A stretch of 64,000 bases of DNA from Macrostomum lignano. Its lineage: Eukaryota. Shown here piece by piece: positions 12,092-23,755 of this stretch. A model generated the notes under the pieces. It saw nothing but the letters and a program-made list of their open reading frames with translations, did no database searches and was not told the origin of the DNA. The DNA lies in contig NIVC01000690.1 of the NCBI GenBank assembly GCA_002269645.1, positions 372,001 to 436,000 of the forward strand. Direction: 5' to 3'. The position numbers were made by a program, and so were the translations under genes. Numbering within the stretch: position 1 is the first letter of the stretch; the number at the start of each line of letters is the position of its first letter.

Positions 12092-13135
12092 GTGGGTAGC
12101 TAACATCTAGATCTATAGGGTAGTTAACATCTAGATCTATAGGCCAGGGTATCTAACATCTAGATCTATAGGGTAGCTAACATCTAGATCTATAGGGTAG
12201 CTAACATCTAGATCTATAGGGTAGCTAACATCTAGATCTATAGGGTAGCTAACATCTAGATCTATAGGGTAGCTAACATCTAGATCTATAGGGTAGCTAA
12301 CATCTGGATCTATAGGGTATCTAACATCTAGATCTATAGGGTAGCTAACATCTAGATCTATAGGGTAGCTAACATCTAGATCTATAGGGTATCTAACATC
12401 TAGATCTATAGGGTAGCTAACATCTAGATCTATAGGGTAGCTAACATCTAGATCTATATAGGGTATCTAACATCTAGATCTATAGGGTAGCTAACATCTA
12501 GATCTATATAGGGTAGCTAACATCTAGATCTATAGGGTATCTAACATCTAGATCTATAGGGTAGCTAACATCTAGATCTATAGGGTAGCTAACATCTAGA
12601 TCTATATAGGGTAGCTAACATCTAGATCTATAGGGTAGCTAACATCTAGATCTATATAGGGTATCTAACATCTAGATCTATAGGGTAGCTAACATCTAGA
12701 TCTATAGGGTAGCTAACATCTAGATCTATAGGGTATCTAACATCTAGATCTATAGGGTAGCTAACATCCAGATCTATAGGGTATCTAACATCTAGATCTA
12801 TAGGGTAGCTAACATCTAGATCTATAGGGTAGCTAACATCTAGATCTATAGGGTATCTAACATCTAGATCTATAGGGTAGCTAACATCTAGATCTAGAGG
12901 GTATCTAACATCTAGATCTATAGGGTATCTAACAGCTAGATCTATAGGGTAGCTAACATCTAGATCTATAGGGTATCTAACATCTAGATCTATAGGGTAT
13001 CTAACATCTAGATCTATATGGTAGCTAACATCTAGATCTATATGGTAGCTAACATCTAGATCTACAGGTTATCTAACATCTAAGATCTACAGGTTATCTA
13101 ACGTCTAAGATCTACAGTGTATCTAACAACTAAAT
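12092..13135. repeat. 24-bp palindrome-rich minisatellite (GGGTAGCTAACATCTAGATCTATA), FEN1 intron 2
   Basis: Tandem units containing TAGCTA, ATCTAGAT, TAGATCTA. Confidence 0.95.
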
Positions 13136-13327
13136 TTAGTGAATTTGAGACATCTAAATGCATGATATTTAAGGCAAATCTATATTTATTCTGTAGGATT
13201 TCTACCTTCAGACTAATCAAAAAGATCACGTGACATTTTTGGGATTATAATCTCAAAATCAAAGTGCTTACTAAAATAGAATGCAACAATTAACTCTTAA
13301 GAATACCCCTCCCCTTTTTTTACAAAC

Positions 13328-13593
13328 CTCTTGCGCCCGTTCAAGCGCTTTCTCAGCCTCGTCTCGCTTCTCCTGACGCTTAGCCAACTCGCCAGATTTC
13401 ATCTGAGGCGGAGCGCCATCGAATATATAAACAGGTTTAAGGCCATTGTCAATCATACGCATAGTTCGATAGAACATGCCCAATAGGTGAGATGTAGTTT
13501 CACCATCGGCGTTGGTCAGATTGCCGCCGTCCTGGCGAACAGCGGTTAGAAACTGGTAGAGGCACATGCTGGCATCAATCGCTACCTTTCGGC
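13328..13593 (-). CDS. FEN1: Flap endonuclease 1, exon 2 (XPG-N region)
   Basis: [16 protein letters not shown]...[11 protein letters not shown]...[11 protein letters not shown]; phase 1/0. Confidence 0.97.
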
Positions 13594-14339
13594 CTTGGTG
13601 CAAAAAGTGTAAGGAAAGTCTATTAAGCTCATTTTTTGCGGCCTTCTGTAGCCTACTAACAGTAGACATGTTTGGATTTGCTGGATGAAAATGGCACCAA
13701 AAGGAAAGAAGTGACTCTAGAAAACTTGATCAAGATGTCACGGTACAAGTCGCCTAAGTGTCAATTTAAAGCATTTTATTGTCTGCAAATCAGGGGCAAC
13801 ATAGTGACCCTAAAGCAGTAGGGCCCCCGTGGCTGTCAATGATGGCGCCCCTTTTCCTCTGGGCTGGCAGTCCCAAATATGATTAACATTATGAACTATG
13901 ATGCTTTGAATTTACAAAGTGATTAAATCCAAAACAGGAAAAAACACACAGTAATACCAGAAAACAAAAGCATAGAAGTCGCCTCGCTAACTTTGTACTT
14001 TAAGCTCAGGTCCTCACTACATCCGCCGTCAGCTTGCTCAGTGTATACTATAGCGCCCCTCTGAGCCTATATTACAACACCCCAGTAGTATATACTATGG
14101 CTTCCCTCTTGGTGTATATTATGGCGCCCCTGTAGTGTATACTATAGCACCCCTCTTAGTGTTATAGTCACTCATTAAGTGTTTTATAAACTTATAGATA
14201 TGAAATAGAAATATTTATTCAAGATTTTATTAGTTCTAAATTTTTAGAATATTATTAGTTAGAAGTCAACTAGAACTGGCAAACCCTAGTTCAAAAAAAT
14301 TATCCAAGCTACAATTGCTACAATCCAAGGGTAAAGTCA

Positions 14340-15800
14340 TACTAATAGATGTTCCTCTAGGAAAGTATTATCACTTTGGTATTGAACAAGGTATCAATGA
14401 AGTTTTTTGAGCTTTGGAACATGTTGTTATATTAGATGACATATCAACCCTATTGTGTGTTTATGGTAGGGGTCGGACATGATCACGATTGTGATCACGA
14501 TTTCGTGAATTCATGACCATTTTTATCACAATCATTATTTCCTTGAAACCTGTTCACGATAGTCGTGAATTTCCGCTTTATTACATTTTTATTAGAAGTA
14601 TAACTTTTCTACTTGGTTTACCAAAATATGTGAACACAAATGTGTTAAAGAGTAATAAATTTTAAATTTGTTGACTTGACAGCATTACCGAGTAGCTATT
14701 ATCAATTTATAAATATTTCTTTTCTTGTTTTGTTATTTTCAACACTTGTAACTTACGAGCTCGAAATATGTGTATGCAAATATAAATTCACGATCACAAT
14801 CACGATCACGCCTGACTTTGAAAATTTCACAAAATTTCATGCCCAACCAAAATTTTCTGCTCGCCCGACCTCTAGTTTATGGCTTACCAATATATAACAG
14901 TTTTGTAAGTAGATTTTGGCCTATTGTTGCTGCTTTGTCTAGCATTCTATCATCCTATCTTTGATTGGCCTATACTATGGTGAGAAGTAACCTGGATCAG
15001 CTAAAGATTTGTTGCATCCTCTAGTCAAAGAGCTAAAGATCCTTGAGCAAAGAAAGTATATTTATGAAAAAACCTAAAGGTTTATCTACAGTATGTCATA
15101 TATGATACCTTTGCAAGGCACTTTTTAAGGGTATCAATGGGCACAATGGTAATAATTGTGGTTATTATGGATGCAAACGTTGCATACAAAAAGGGACAAT
15201 TGAGTATGAGCAAATGCTTAACAATGGCCAAACTATTGTTTTTCTAGACCTTGATGCTCCACTAAGAACTGATGTCATTTCCTTAGAAGCAGCAAGCATA
15301 ACATCACTATTCTAATTTACCATTTGAGGAGCTGCAAATTGACATAAAAAGAACATTCATTTGTGATCCAATGCACTAACTATATTTTGGAATTGGTCCT
15401 ATGCTTTTACAACTAAAGATGGCCCTAAAGCATTTAAGATAAGTCAGGTACTTTAGACAAATTGATGACCTTATACTGCATGCCTGCCAGTATATTCCGG
15501 CTGACTTTTTGCAATAGCAGTCTCTTTCAACATTTGGGAATATGGAAGGCCATTGTTTTTTGCTAATTTTTCATGTATTTGCTACCATTTGTCATTTTCA
15601 CCACTGTTAGCAATTCTAACTTCCTAGACCTGCTTTTGACATTTTATGTCATAGTGACTACTGAATTTTTAAAACTTACGTCAGGAGTGTGACTTATATT
15701 AGTAGTAATGTCTTGCTGCTCAGGCACCAAGCTACCAAGGATAAATTGTATTTAGATAATAGCCATATTCAATTAATAAGCCATTCAAAAATTAGACACA
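14340..15800 (+). pseudogene. Degenerate CACTA/EnSpm-like (CMC) transposase relic in FEN1 intron 1
   Basis: Broken-frame motifs GKYYHFGIEQGI, YGLPIYNS..RFWPI, DTFARHFL, GHNG...GCKRCIQKG, DPMH. Family assignment from recalled motif similarity. Confidence 0.6.
14467..14874. mobile_element. hAT-type MITE nested in the transposase relic
   Basis: Ends TAGGGGTCGG...CCGACCTCTA; 8-bp TSD GTTTATGG at 14459-14466 and 14875-14882. Confidence 0.8.
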
Positions 15801-16227
15801 GAATTAGTTAGGACATTAGTGCAATTTTAGAAATTGGAAAAATTAGAAATGAGCTATAGCTTGGATTGTGTATTAGTATACGCAAGGTTTAATGCCAGAA
15901 AAAATGACAAGACCTCATTTGTATGCCAAGTTTGTGCACCAATAGAAAAAAATTGTCATTTGAAACAATGTATCTATTGTGTCATATACACCAAGATATA
16001 TCCTGATGTATGCTGAAAAATGATAAGACCCTTGTTGTACACCAGGAAATCCTAGCATACATGTTGCCTTCTGAACTAAAGAAAATGAGAAATGAGAATG
16101 AGAAAAAGAAATGAGAAATTAAATGATCAGAAAAAGAGAACCACAACAACTTAATAGCTTAGTAGTAGAACTGTTTTGAAAAGAGAAATTAGCCTTAAAA
16201 CAACTTGATAGTAGTTGTAGTAGTAGG

Positions 16228-16576
16228 CCAAGATGGAATTCTTGCTTGGGGGAAGGAAAACACACACACACATTTTTGGAGCAATGCGCAAATGCGCACG
16301 CCAGCTATAAAAAAATTAGTCATAATGCAATCATGGCCTATATGCTAAAAATGAAATTTCTAGTTTTTCAATTCTTCTATTTTACAATTTTTTTAAATTG
16401 TACTTTAAGTGTAAAGTAGCTTGAATGCTACATTTTTAGAGAAAATATTCTTGAAACCGAGTGTGTACATACCTTTGAGAATGCACAAGTAGGCCCCTTT
16501 TCAGCATACAAACGCGCACAAATTTGACAAGTGCACACAAATGCGTAACAACTTTTGTGCAAGAATTCCATCCTAG
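16228..16576. mobile_element. hAT-type MITE
   Basis: TIRs CCAAGATGGAATTCTTGC / GCAAGAATTCCATCCTAG; 8-bp TSD GTAGTAGG at 16220-16227 and 16577-16584. Confidence 0.8.
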
Positions 16577-17548
16577 GTAGTAGGATCTTATTTTTAGTAA
16601 AGCAAAGACAAATCATAGAACAATATAGTGGCATTAGTAAAATAATATAGGCCTAAGAATACAAAAAAGCCTCACAATAGCAACATTGTCATTTTGATAG
16701 GTTTAATATAAAGTTATAGTTACTAAAAATAGTATAACATAATACTATAGCATCTAGCTTTAAAAAAAACTTGATGGCTAATTAAGCATAGGCCTAGGAT
16801 CCAAAATTAGGATGTCAAAACTAGTCATGGATATATAACCAAACTTTACAATGGCTAATATACAAGTTTTCTCTAAAAATTATATATATTTAGGTTAAGT
16901 ATATGAGTATGAGTTAGAATAGATGAGTTAAGTACATAATAATATATATATCTAGAGCACCTTTTTGTAACATGCTTTGCTTTGCATACAATTTAACTTT
17001 CTTTTTTCCTTAGTCACTAGTATAAGCCTAATAATATATTTTATGCTTCTAAATTTGTCTATTGATTAATTAAATAAGTTTGTACTCTTTTTTATATTTT
17101 ATTTAATTAATTTTCATTGTGTTTTGCCTATGTACCCCTGGAAATTTTTTTGTGGTAATGGTTCTATAATATATATACCACCTTGTCCTTACCTTGACCA
17201 CACTGACTATTAACCAACCATCTAGTCTAGATAGAGGGGTTGCCCCCCCCCCTTAGGACTTAGGTGGAGACCAGAAAAAAATCAAAGGGAGGACCAAGCA
17301 ATTTTGCGCCAAAATAGAGAGCCACACCCTCTTAGCCACCCCTTGCCCTCTGGGTCTTTACCCTCCAGAATCTGCCCCCCTCAACAAAATTCTGGTTGCA
17401 CTAGGCCTACTGGTGTAAGTCCATCATTTACTTAACCTAAAAAAACATAAAACACGTCTTTTGTATTAATTATACAGCTAAGACTAAGAGTGCATGGAAC
17501 TATGCCTGTATGTTTTAAGAAAGCATTGAAAGAACACGGTTAACCTAC

Positions 17549-17630
17549 CAAAATAATTCTTCAGATCGCCCTCCTTTACACAGGATGGAGCAGAATCGCA
17601 AAGAACTTTACTGAGCTGCTTAATTCCCAT
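17549..17630 (-). CDS. FEN1: Flap endonuclease 1, exon 1
   Basis: MGIKQLSKVLCDSAPSCVKEGDLKNYFG; donor G|GTAGGT, phase 1; joins exon 2 in frame. Confidence 0.95.
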
Positions 17631-18041
17631 AGTACACTTTGATGTAGATAAATTTCGAAAAGCTTGAGAATGTGTTCTAATGTAATTTGTAGTCTTGTAA
17701 TTCTTGTAATTTGTTCTAAATAGACAAATTATCGCGAAGGCTCTATTCATGCATCAACTACTCGTCAAAGGAGTCGATCGAATTCATAAACGGCGGCCAC
17801 GTGAAATTTAAACTTTCTGATCAAACATCTTAACAATTTTTTAAATAAAAATCTACTATTTTTGCGCTAATGTTTGAAAATTTTGGCTTAGGTTTTCATT
17901 ATTTATCAATGGCGAAAAATAGTATTTCATTTGTTCTCTTTTTCCAGTGTATAATAGAGTACTTGCACTTCGTAGCGAAACAATTGGTGTTGCATTGCAA
18001 TTGCATTGATCTTAGCCCTTAAAGCATTTGAGTAGCGCAAG

Positions 18042-19422
18042 CAGGAGCGTTGCCATGGATTTTATGGTGGGGGACAAGGCCAAGAACTTCACATGTAAAT
18101 GACTAAATTCCTACATTTCCATTATCTTGAGAATCGTGTTTGTAAGCGCAATTTTTCGGCGCCGCAGGTACTCATTTTAGCGACGCAGCCACTCATTTTG
18201 GCGCCGTAAGGTACTCATTTTGGCGCTGCAGCTGGCACTCCTTTTGGCGCCGCAGGCACTCATTTTGCGCTGCAGGCACTCATTTAATTGGCGCTGCAGC
18301 TGGGCATTCCTTTTTAGCGCCGCATGCACAATTTTGGCGCCGCGGCCCGCAAGCACTCATTTTAACGAAGCAGGCACTGATCATTTCGGCGCTGATGGTG
18401 CTATATTTTGGCGCCATGAAGAAAAACTATTGATTACCACAACGAGGTCACAAGGTGGGGTGGGGAGGACAAAGCATTGGAATGCCCCCCATAGCTTTTT
18501 CTGTGCTTTGTTCTGTGCTATGTCAGTGCCAAAATCATGAGCACTGACAGCACAGATTCTCAAATAACCATCGCAACCAGCGGGGCGGCGCACTCCTTGA
18601 GGTTGATGTGCAGCTCCTTGAACGCGCCATTACAGTCGGACTGCCAGTCGATGTAAGATCGCCAAACCGGTTCTCTGTCGACGAAATGCAGCACAGCACC
18701 GCCTCCAATGTCACAGGCGTCAGACTCAATCGCTCCAGCGCCGGCCGACGCGAGGGCCAGGCAGCTCTAGGCGGCAGCGTGCTCAACGCGGTCATCCACC
18801 ACCTCAGCTGCGACTGGAGCTCCTCCGTGACGCCGACCCTGTCGGACGGATGCGCCAGGCTGTTGACCAGCTCAATCAGCGGCCGCAGGAAAGTTCACCC
18901 GTGCTGGGCGGCAGTGCACAGGTGGCTGAGGTGCCCGAGCAGCTTCTGCAGTTCCGCCTTGCACAGGCTCCTCCGCGAGAGGCAGGTGTCAAGGAGAAGC
19001 TGAAGCTTTTCGGCTTTGTCGGCTGGGAAGGTAAGACTGGCTTGCACGGTGTCGATGTCAATGCCAAGGAATCGCAGCTTTGTCGTCGGCGGCACCGACT
19101 TTTTCTCGTTGATGGTGAAGCCAAGCCTGGTGAGCAGGTTGCGCAGCTCGTGGTAGGCCCTGTCGCACTCGGCTTTCGTCCTGGCCATGACGAGGAAGTC
19201 ATCGATGAAAACGACGGTTGCCAGGAACCCCTTGCGACACATCATTCGCCGGGCCGCTTGCGTGAGGCGATGGAAAATGCTGACGGAGGCTCTGCTGCCG
19301 AATGGTAACCGCGTATCCACAAGGAAGGTTGAGCAGCCGTTGCCGAAGTCCCAGTGAATGCCGGTGGCTTGGTAGCACTTTGGGGCAACATCCACCCTGT
19401 CCCCCCGGTGGCGACGCGCCTG
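18042..19422 (+). mobile_element. hAT-type non-autonomous element carrying an RT-RNase H insert (family copy 1)
   Basis: Ends CAGGAGCGTTGC...GCGACGCGCCTG; 8-bp TSD AGCGCAAG at 18034-18041 and 19423-19430; body homologous to copies at 19937 and 28348. Confidence 0.85.
18575..19375 (-). pseudogene. DIRS/Ngaro-type (tyrosine-recombinase retrotransposon) reverse transcriptase plus RNase H fragment
   Basis: LPFG, FIDDFL, LGFTINEKKS, FLGIDID, LLGHLSH; after frameshifts SDACDIGGG...W...HINLKECAA (DIRS1-type RNase H pattern). Confidence 0.85.
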
Positions 19423-19936
19423 AGCGCAAGTCTCAAGTTCTCTCAACGGTAATCTCATCTTTGCATGTATTTGTTTCTGTTGGCTTTAAGCTCTTCAATC
19501 AGTGCAAATGCTGGATAACCACGACCACAAGTTGCTAGATAGAAGTATACTGCGCATGCGCTTTGGCATTTCTCAATTACCGCTGGAAGCCGTCTCCTGA
19601 ATGCATTTACATGTAGCAGTGTAAATTGTAGATTTATAAGTAACTGTCGTACACAGTTGATGTATCAGTACATGTACATTCAGAAGTTTTATCGCTTGAA
19701 ATATTGCTTTATCCCTAGGGAAATGAGGAAACTGCGGCTACCGTGTGATTCACCCGATTCATGTACATATGTGCGTGAAACTCTAGCGAGACTAAAGCTT
19801 ATAACTATTGAATAAAGTTGTGCAAAAAGTACGTAGAGTAAGCGAAACTATATAAATTTTCATCTCGTTGCAATAATACGTTTTGTCAACTATAGGTTGG
19901 CAATTAAAGAGTATTTAATTATATCACTGTTACATG

Positions 19937-20252
19937 CAGGCGCGTCGCCACCGGTGGGGGACAGGGGGGACATGCCCCCAGTGTAAAAGCTATGCGGGAC
20001 AGGGACATGCCAATTCTTTGTCCTCCCACCCAACCTTGTGATTCGTTGTGGCAAATCAATGGTTTTTCTTCCGGGCGCCAAAATATAGCGACCAAAATGA
20101 GTGCCTGCGGCGCCAAAATCATGAGCACTGAGTCACTGACAACAACGATTCTCAAATAATGGACATGTACGAATTTAGTATAGTCATGTACATGTAATGT
20201 TGAATTCTTGGCTTTGTCTCTTCCCACCATAAAATACATGACGACGCCCCTG
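19937..20252 (-). mobile_element. hAT-type MITE, short family copy 2
   Basis: Ends CAGGCGCGTCGC...CGACGCCCCTG; 8-bp TSD GTTACATG at 19929-19936 and 20253-20260. Confidence 0.88.
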
Positions 20253-20539
20253 GTTACATGTACATACCAGTATTTATCTGACCGTAGCAGTAATGTAGGG
20301 CTGACATATTGTCTGCAGCGAAACATGCACATTTTGTATTTACATTTTAATCTGAACGACAGAATTTGCACAGGTTAGAAATTTAACATAAACATGTACT
20401 GCAAAAACTTTCATGTTTGCGCGCCATTCTGCTTTTGTATAAAGCTTCATGTACATGTAAAACTGGATGAAAATGTTAAGCCGTTTTCGGGAATTTACTC
20501 ATATATATTCCCTAATTTAGCTATCACCCATCTAACATT

Positions 20540-20912
20540 TGACCCGTTGTCGGTCGACGTGCCTAACGTCGATTAGTTTATGGCAAATTGTTATCTTTAC
20601 ACTGTACCTTATGCCGCGATCGACGTACAATGTAGAAAAACCGCAATTCGTTTATTTTTTTCACTAAACGTCAGCTCAACGTCGTTGTGTAAAAAGCACT
20701 CACCGTACAGCATAATCCGACGTCGGTGACTTCGACCGACGTTTCGACGTCAATCAGAGTCGCTTCTAAATCTATTGATTTACATCTAACCGAATTTCGG
20801 AAGATTCATAACGTCGTTATGCGTCGATGTAATGTAAAAACACCTGCATGTATTTGCCGAATTGAAGTCCATCAACGTAGTGTGCGTCGGCGGGTGTTGG
20901 AATGCTGCACTG
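20540..20912. mobile_element. ACGTCG-rich non-autonomous repeat element
   Basis: About 230 bp homologous in inverted orientation to 21583-21830. Confidence 0.55.
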
Positions 20913-21137
20913 GCTCATTTGTTAACGGTGTGCATCGAGAACAACTTAAATTCTTACTTTAAAAGACTAAAATAAACCAGAAATGAACAATGTTTTGTGT
21001 TTCCACTTACTAAAAGTTGTTATCGTTAGCCCATTTATAAGACCTTTTTGTATAGATTGCTTTCAAGGAGAATTATTGTATCATATATTAGGGGCTGTCA
21101 GTCATTCAGTTGACGCAAGTTGGAGCAGTTCGCGCAA

Positions 21138-21503
21138 TCACCAGTTGCACCCGTCAGATTTGTCGCACAGGAGCACAGTTCCGGCCACGTAGAAGTTGCG
21201 CACCTTATCGCTAGGCGGATCGAAGGAGCTAACGCAGCCGTGCATGGCGTTGCCGGCTTTCACTGGCCAGTTGTACAGCTGCCCGATGCCCTTGGCGCCG
21301 CTGCTGGTGAGGACACCCTTGAAGCAGTAGCGCTTGTTGCAGGTGTTCAACTTAGTTGTCAGGTCGGTGCCATCTGCAGTTAGCTGTGTGAAGTAACATT
21401 TTAGCTGACCGTTGCCGCTGGCTTGATTGTCGTACACAGCGACCGTCAAAGCCTTGTTTGCAACGCTTAGCACTAGGATGAAGATAAGACACACTCTGAA
21501 CAT
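21138..21503 (-). CDS. Secreted 121-aa Ly6/uPAR (three-finger)-like protein with six cysteines
   Basis: Hydrophobic signal peptide MFRVCLIFILVLSVANKA; Cys pattern C..C-x4-C..GC..C-x5-CN; intronless; GC-rich coding-like codons. Confidence 0.75.
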   Translation of the reverse strand: MFRVCLIFILVLSVANKALTVAVYDNQASGNGQLKCYFTQLTADGTDLTTKLNTCNKRYCFKGVLTSSGAKGIGQLYNWPVKAGNAMHGCVSSFDPPSDKVRNFYVAGTVLLCDKSDGCNW

Positions 21504-21582
21504 CTTCGGAACTGAAAAAACACATGTTTACATGTATTTTTATATACAAATGTACTGTCTATCTATAAACAAACTGATACAA

Positions 21583-21830
21583 CCCCCGTGCAACATTCCG
21601 ACGTTCGGCGTCGTACCCCGACATACCCGACGGCAAATTGGTGTTTTTACATTACGCCGACGCATGACGACTCTCGGCCAAATGTCGGTGTAATTTAAAA
21701 ACATACCAAATTGCCAGCGATGTCGGTAGACATCGTTGCCGACGTCGAATTTCTGTACGGAAGCAGAATTCAGTACCTCTTGTCGTCAACGATCGAGTTG
21801 TTAAACAACTTCGAATAGCTATAGCTGCTA
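21583..21830. mobile_element. ACGTCG-rich non-autonomous repeat element, inverted copy
   Basis: GGTGTTTTTACATTAC..CGACGCAT.ACGAC is the reverse complement of 20815-20845. Confidence 0.55.
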
Positions 21831-23079
21831 TACGAGACTGTTTTGAAGCCAGTTCGCGTCTCCGGTATAGACTCACTGGACTCAGTTTTGAAACAGCGCA
21901 ATAAATAGTTTGAAGAGACAAGTCCGCCCATCCCAATTCCGGTTGGATGTGACTCTCCCAGCCGCCTCCCTGTTCCCCCAACCCCCGCAGTTTCTGCAAT
22001 CACGTGACGACTACAGAGGCGGATTACTGCGGAGCATGAGTTGAAAGGAAAAAAAACACTAATTAGAACAAATTGAGAAGACATGTTTTCTAACTTTAAA
22101 TTCTGAAATTCAATTTAACTGGCCAAGCACATTGACTTAGAACATTTGTTTTACATTTCTTTATTACCTGTGCTTACCTGGGGTTTCAAATTCAGTAGGA
22201 GACGAATATTATTGACAAGAAAGTCGAATCAGACAAACCCTCAGTCTGAGTTTATATTTAAAACCGTAGTAAATTGGTGTGGATGTTGAATAGTATTGTT
22301 ATATGGTAAACATTTCAGTGTGTAGTGCATGATACTTATGCCAACCAATACCCGTGACTGTTCTGCTGTTGTTCACCTGACATTGCCTAGTTTATTTTAA
22401 TAGTGCATCTATATTTTTTTAATGAAGCTTTCAATATTATTCTTTTTTCCACGTGTGCACTGAATCAACTCTTCATGGCTAGCGGGTCTGCTAGCTATTG
22501 AGTGACTCCATCACTCAGCCATCTGTACTGTACTGTAATTCCCCCCCCCCAGCATGCAGCGCATAACAAGCACTAGTACCGCCCCCGCATTTTGCAGCTC
22601 GCCTTCCCGCCCTCAGCCCCCAACCGTTAATCTCGACCGATCGTGCTTAATAAATCATTTTTTGTATCCCCTCACTGCCATCGATGACTTTTAGATTTCA
22701 TTTTCGGGAGGATTATGGCGTGATGAAGATGATGATAATCTACTTGCAAATCAGCTTTATAACGATCAGCATTGTTACATAAAAAACTAGACTGATAGAT
22801 TAGTTCACGCGGTCACGTCAACAGATGGTTTGTTTGTTTTCTAGAAAGCTAGAAATTGGTCTCAATCTAGCAAACTTTCTCTCCCCGTGGGGTATTCAAT
22901 AAAAAAAAGAATAAAAATGCAGATAAACAAAAAATGTGGACTCAGCGAAATCCTTTTACGTTCGCTATTGTTTGTTGGTTTCTTAAAAAAGCTTCACCTC
23001 TGAAAGAAAGAAAGAAACTTAAAGAAACTTCACCTATCTACTAGCATAAGACATCGGCATCTCTTTTGAGCCTTGGAAT

Positions 23080-23755
23080 CCCCCCATGAGCCTTGACATC
23101 TCAGCAACTCCCCCATAAGCCTTGACATCTCAGCAATTCCCCCATGAGCCTTGACATCTCAGCAACTCCCCCATGAGCCTTGACATCTCAGCAACTCCCC
23201 CATGAGCCTTGACCTCTCAGCAACTCCCCCATGAGCCTTGGCATCTCAGCAACTCCCCCATGAGCCTTGGCATCTCAGCAACTCCCCCATGAACCTTGAC
23301 ATCTCAGCAACTCCTCCATGAGCCTTGGCATCTCAGCAATTCCCCCATGACCCTTGACATCTCAGCTATTCCCCCATGAGCCTTGACATCTCAGCTATTC
23401 CCCCATGAGCCTTGACATCTCAGCAATTCCTCCATGAGCCTTGACATCTCAGCAACTCCCCCATGAGCCTTGACATCTCAGCAACTCCCCCATGAGCCTT
23501 GACATCTCAGCAACTCCCCATGAGCCTTGACATCTCAGCAATTCCCCCATGAGCCTTGGCATCTCAGCAACTCCCCATGAGCCTTGGCATCTCAGCAACT
23601 CCCCAATGAGCCTTGGCATCTCAGCAACTCCCCCATGAGCCTTGGCATCTCAGCAACTCCCCATGAGCCTTGGCATCTCAGCAACTCCCCATGAGCCTTG
23701 GCATCTCAGCAATTCTCCATGAGCCTTGGCATCTCAGCAATTCTCCATGAGCCGT
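23080..23755. repeat. 28-29-bp minisatellite (AACTCCCCCATGAGCCTTGACATCTCAGC)
   Basis: Tandem units; same family as 52670-53375 in opposite orientation. Confidence 0.95.

Noticed and set aside
17720-17920. E2F/E-box promoter sites for FEN1
   Set aside because: CACGTG and TGGCGAAAA are present but too short to distinguish from chance without TSS data.
18608-19308. Plus-strand ORFs of 131 and 152 aa
   Set aside because: Antisense shadows of the GC-rich RT-RNase H fragment.
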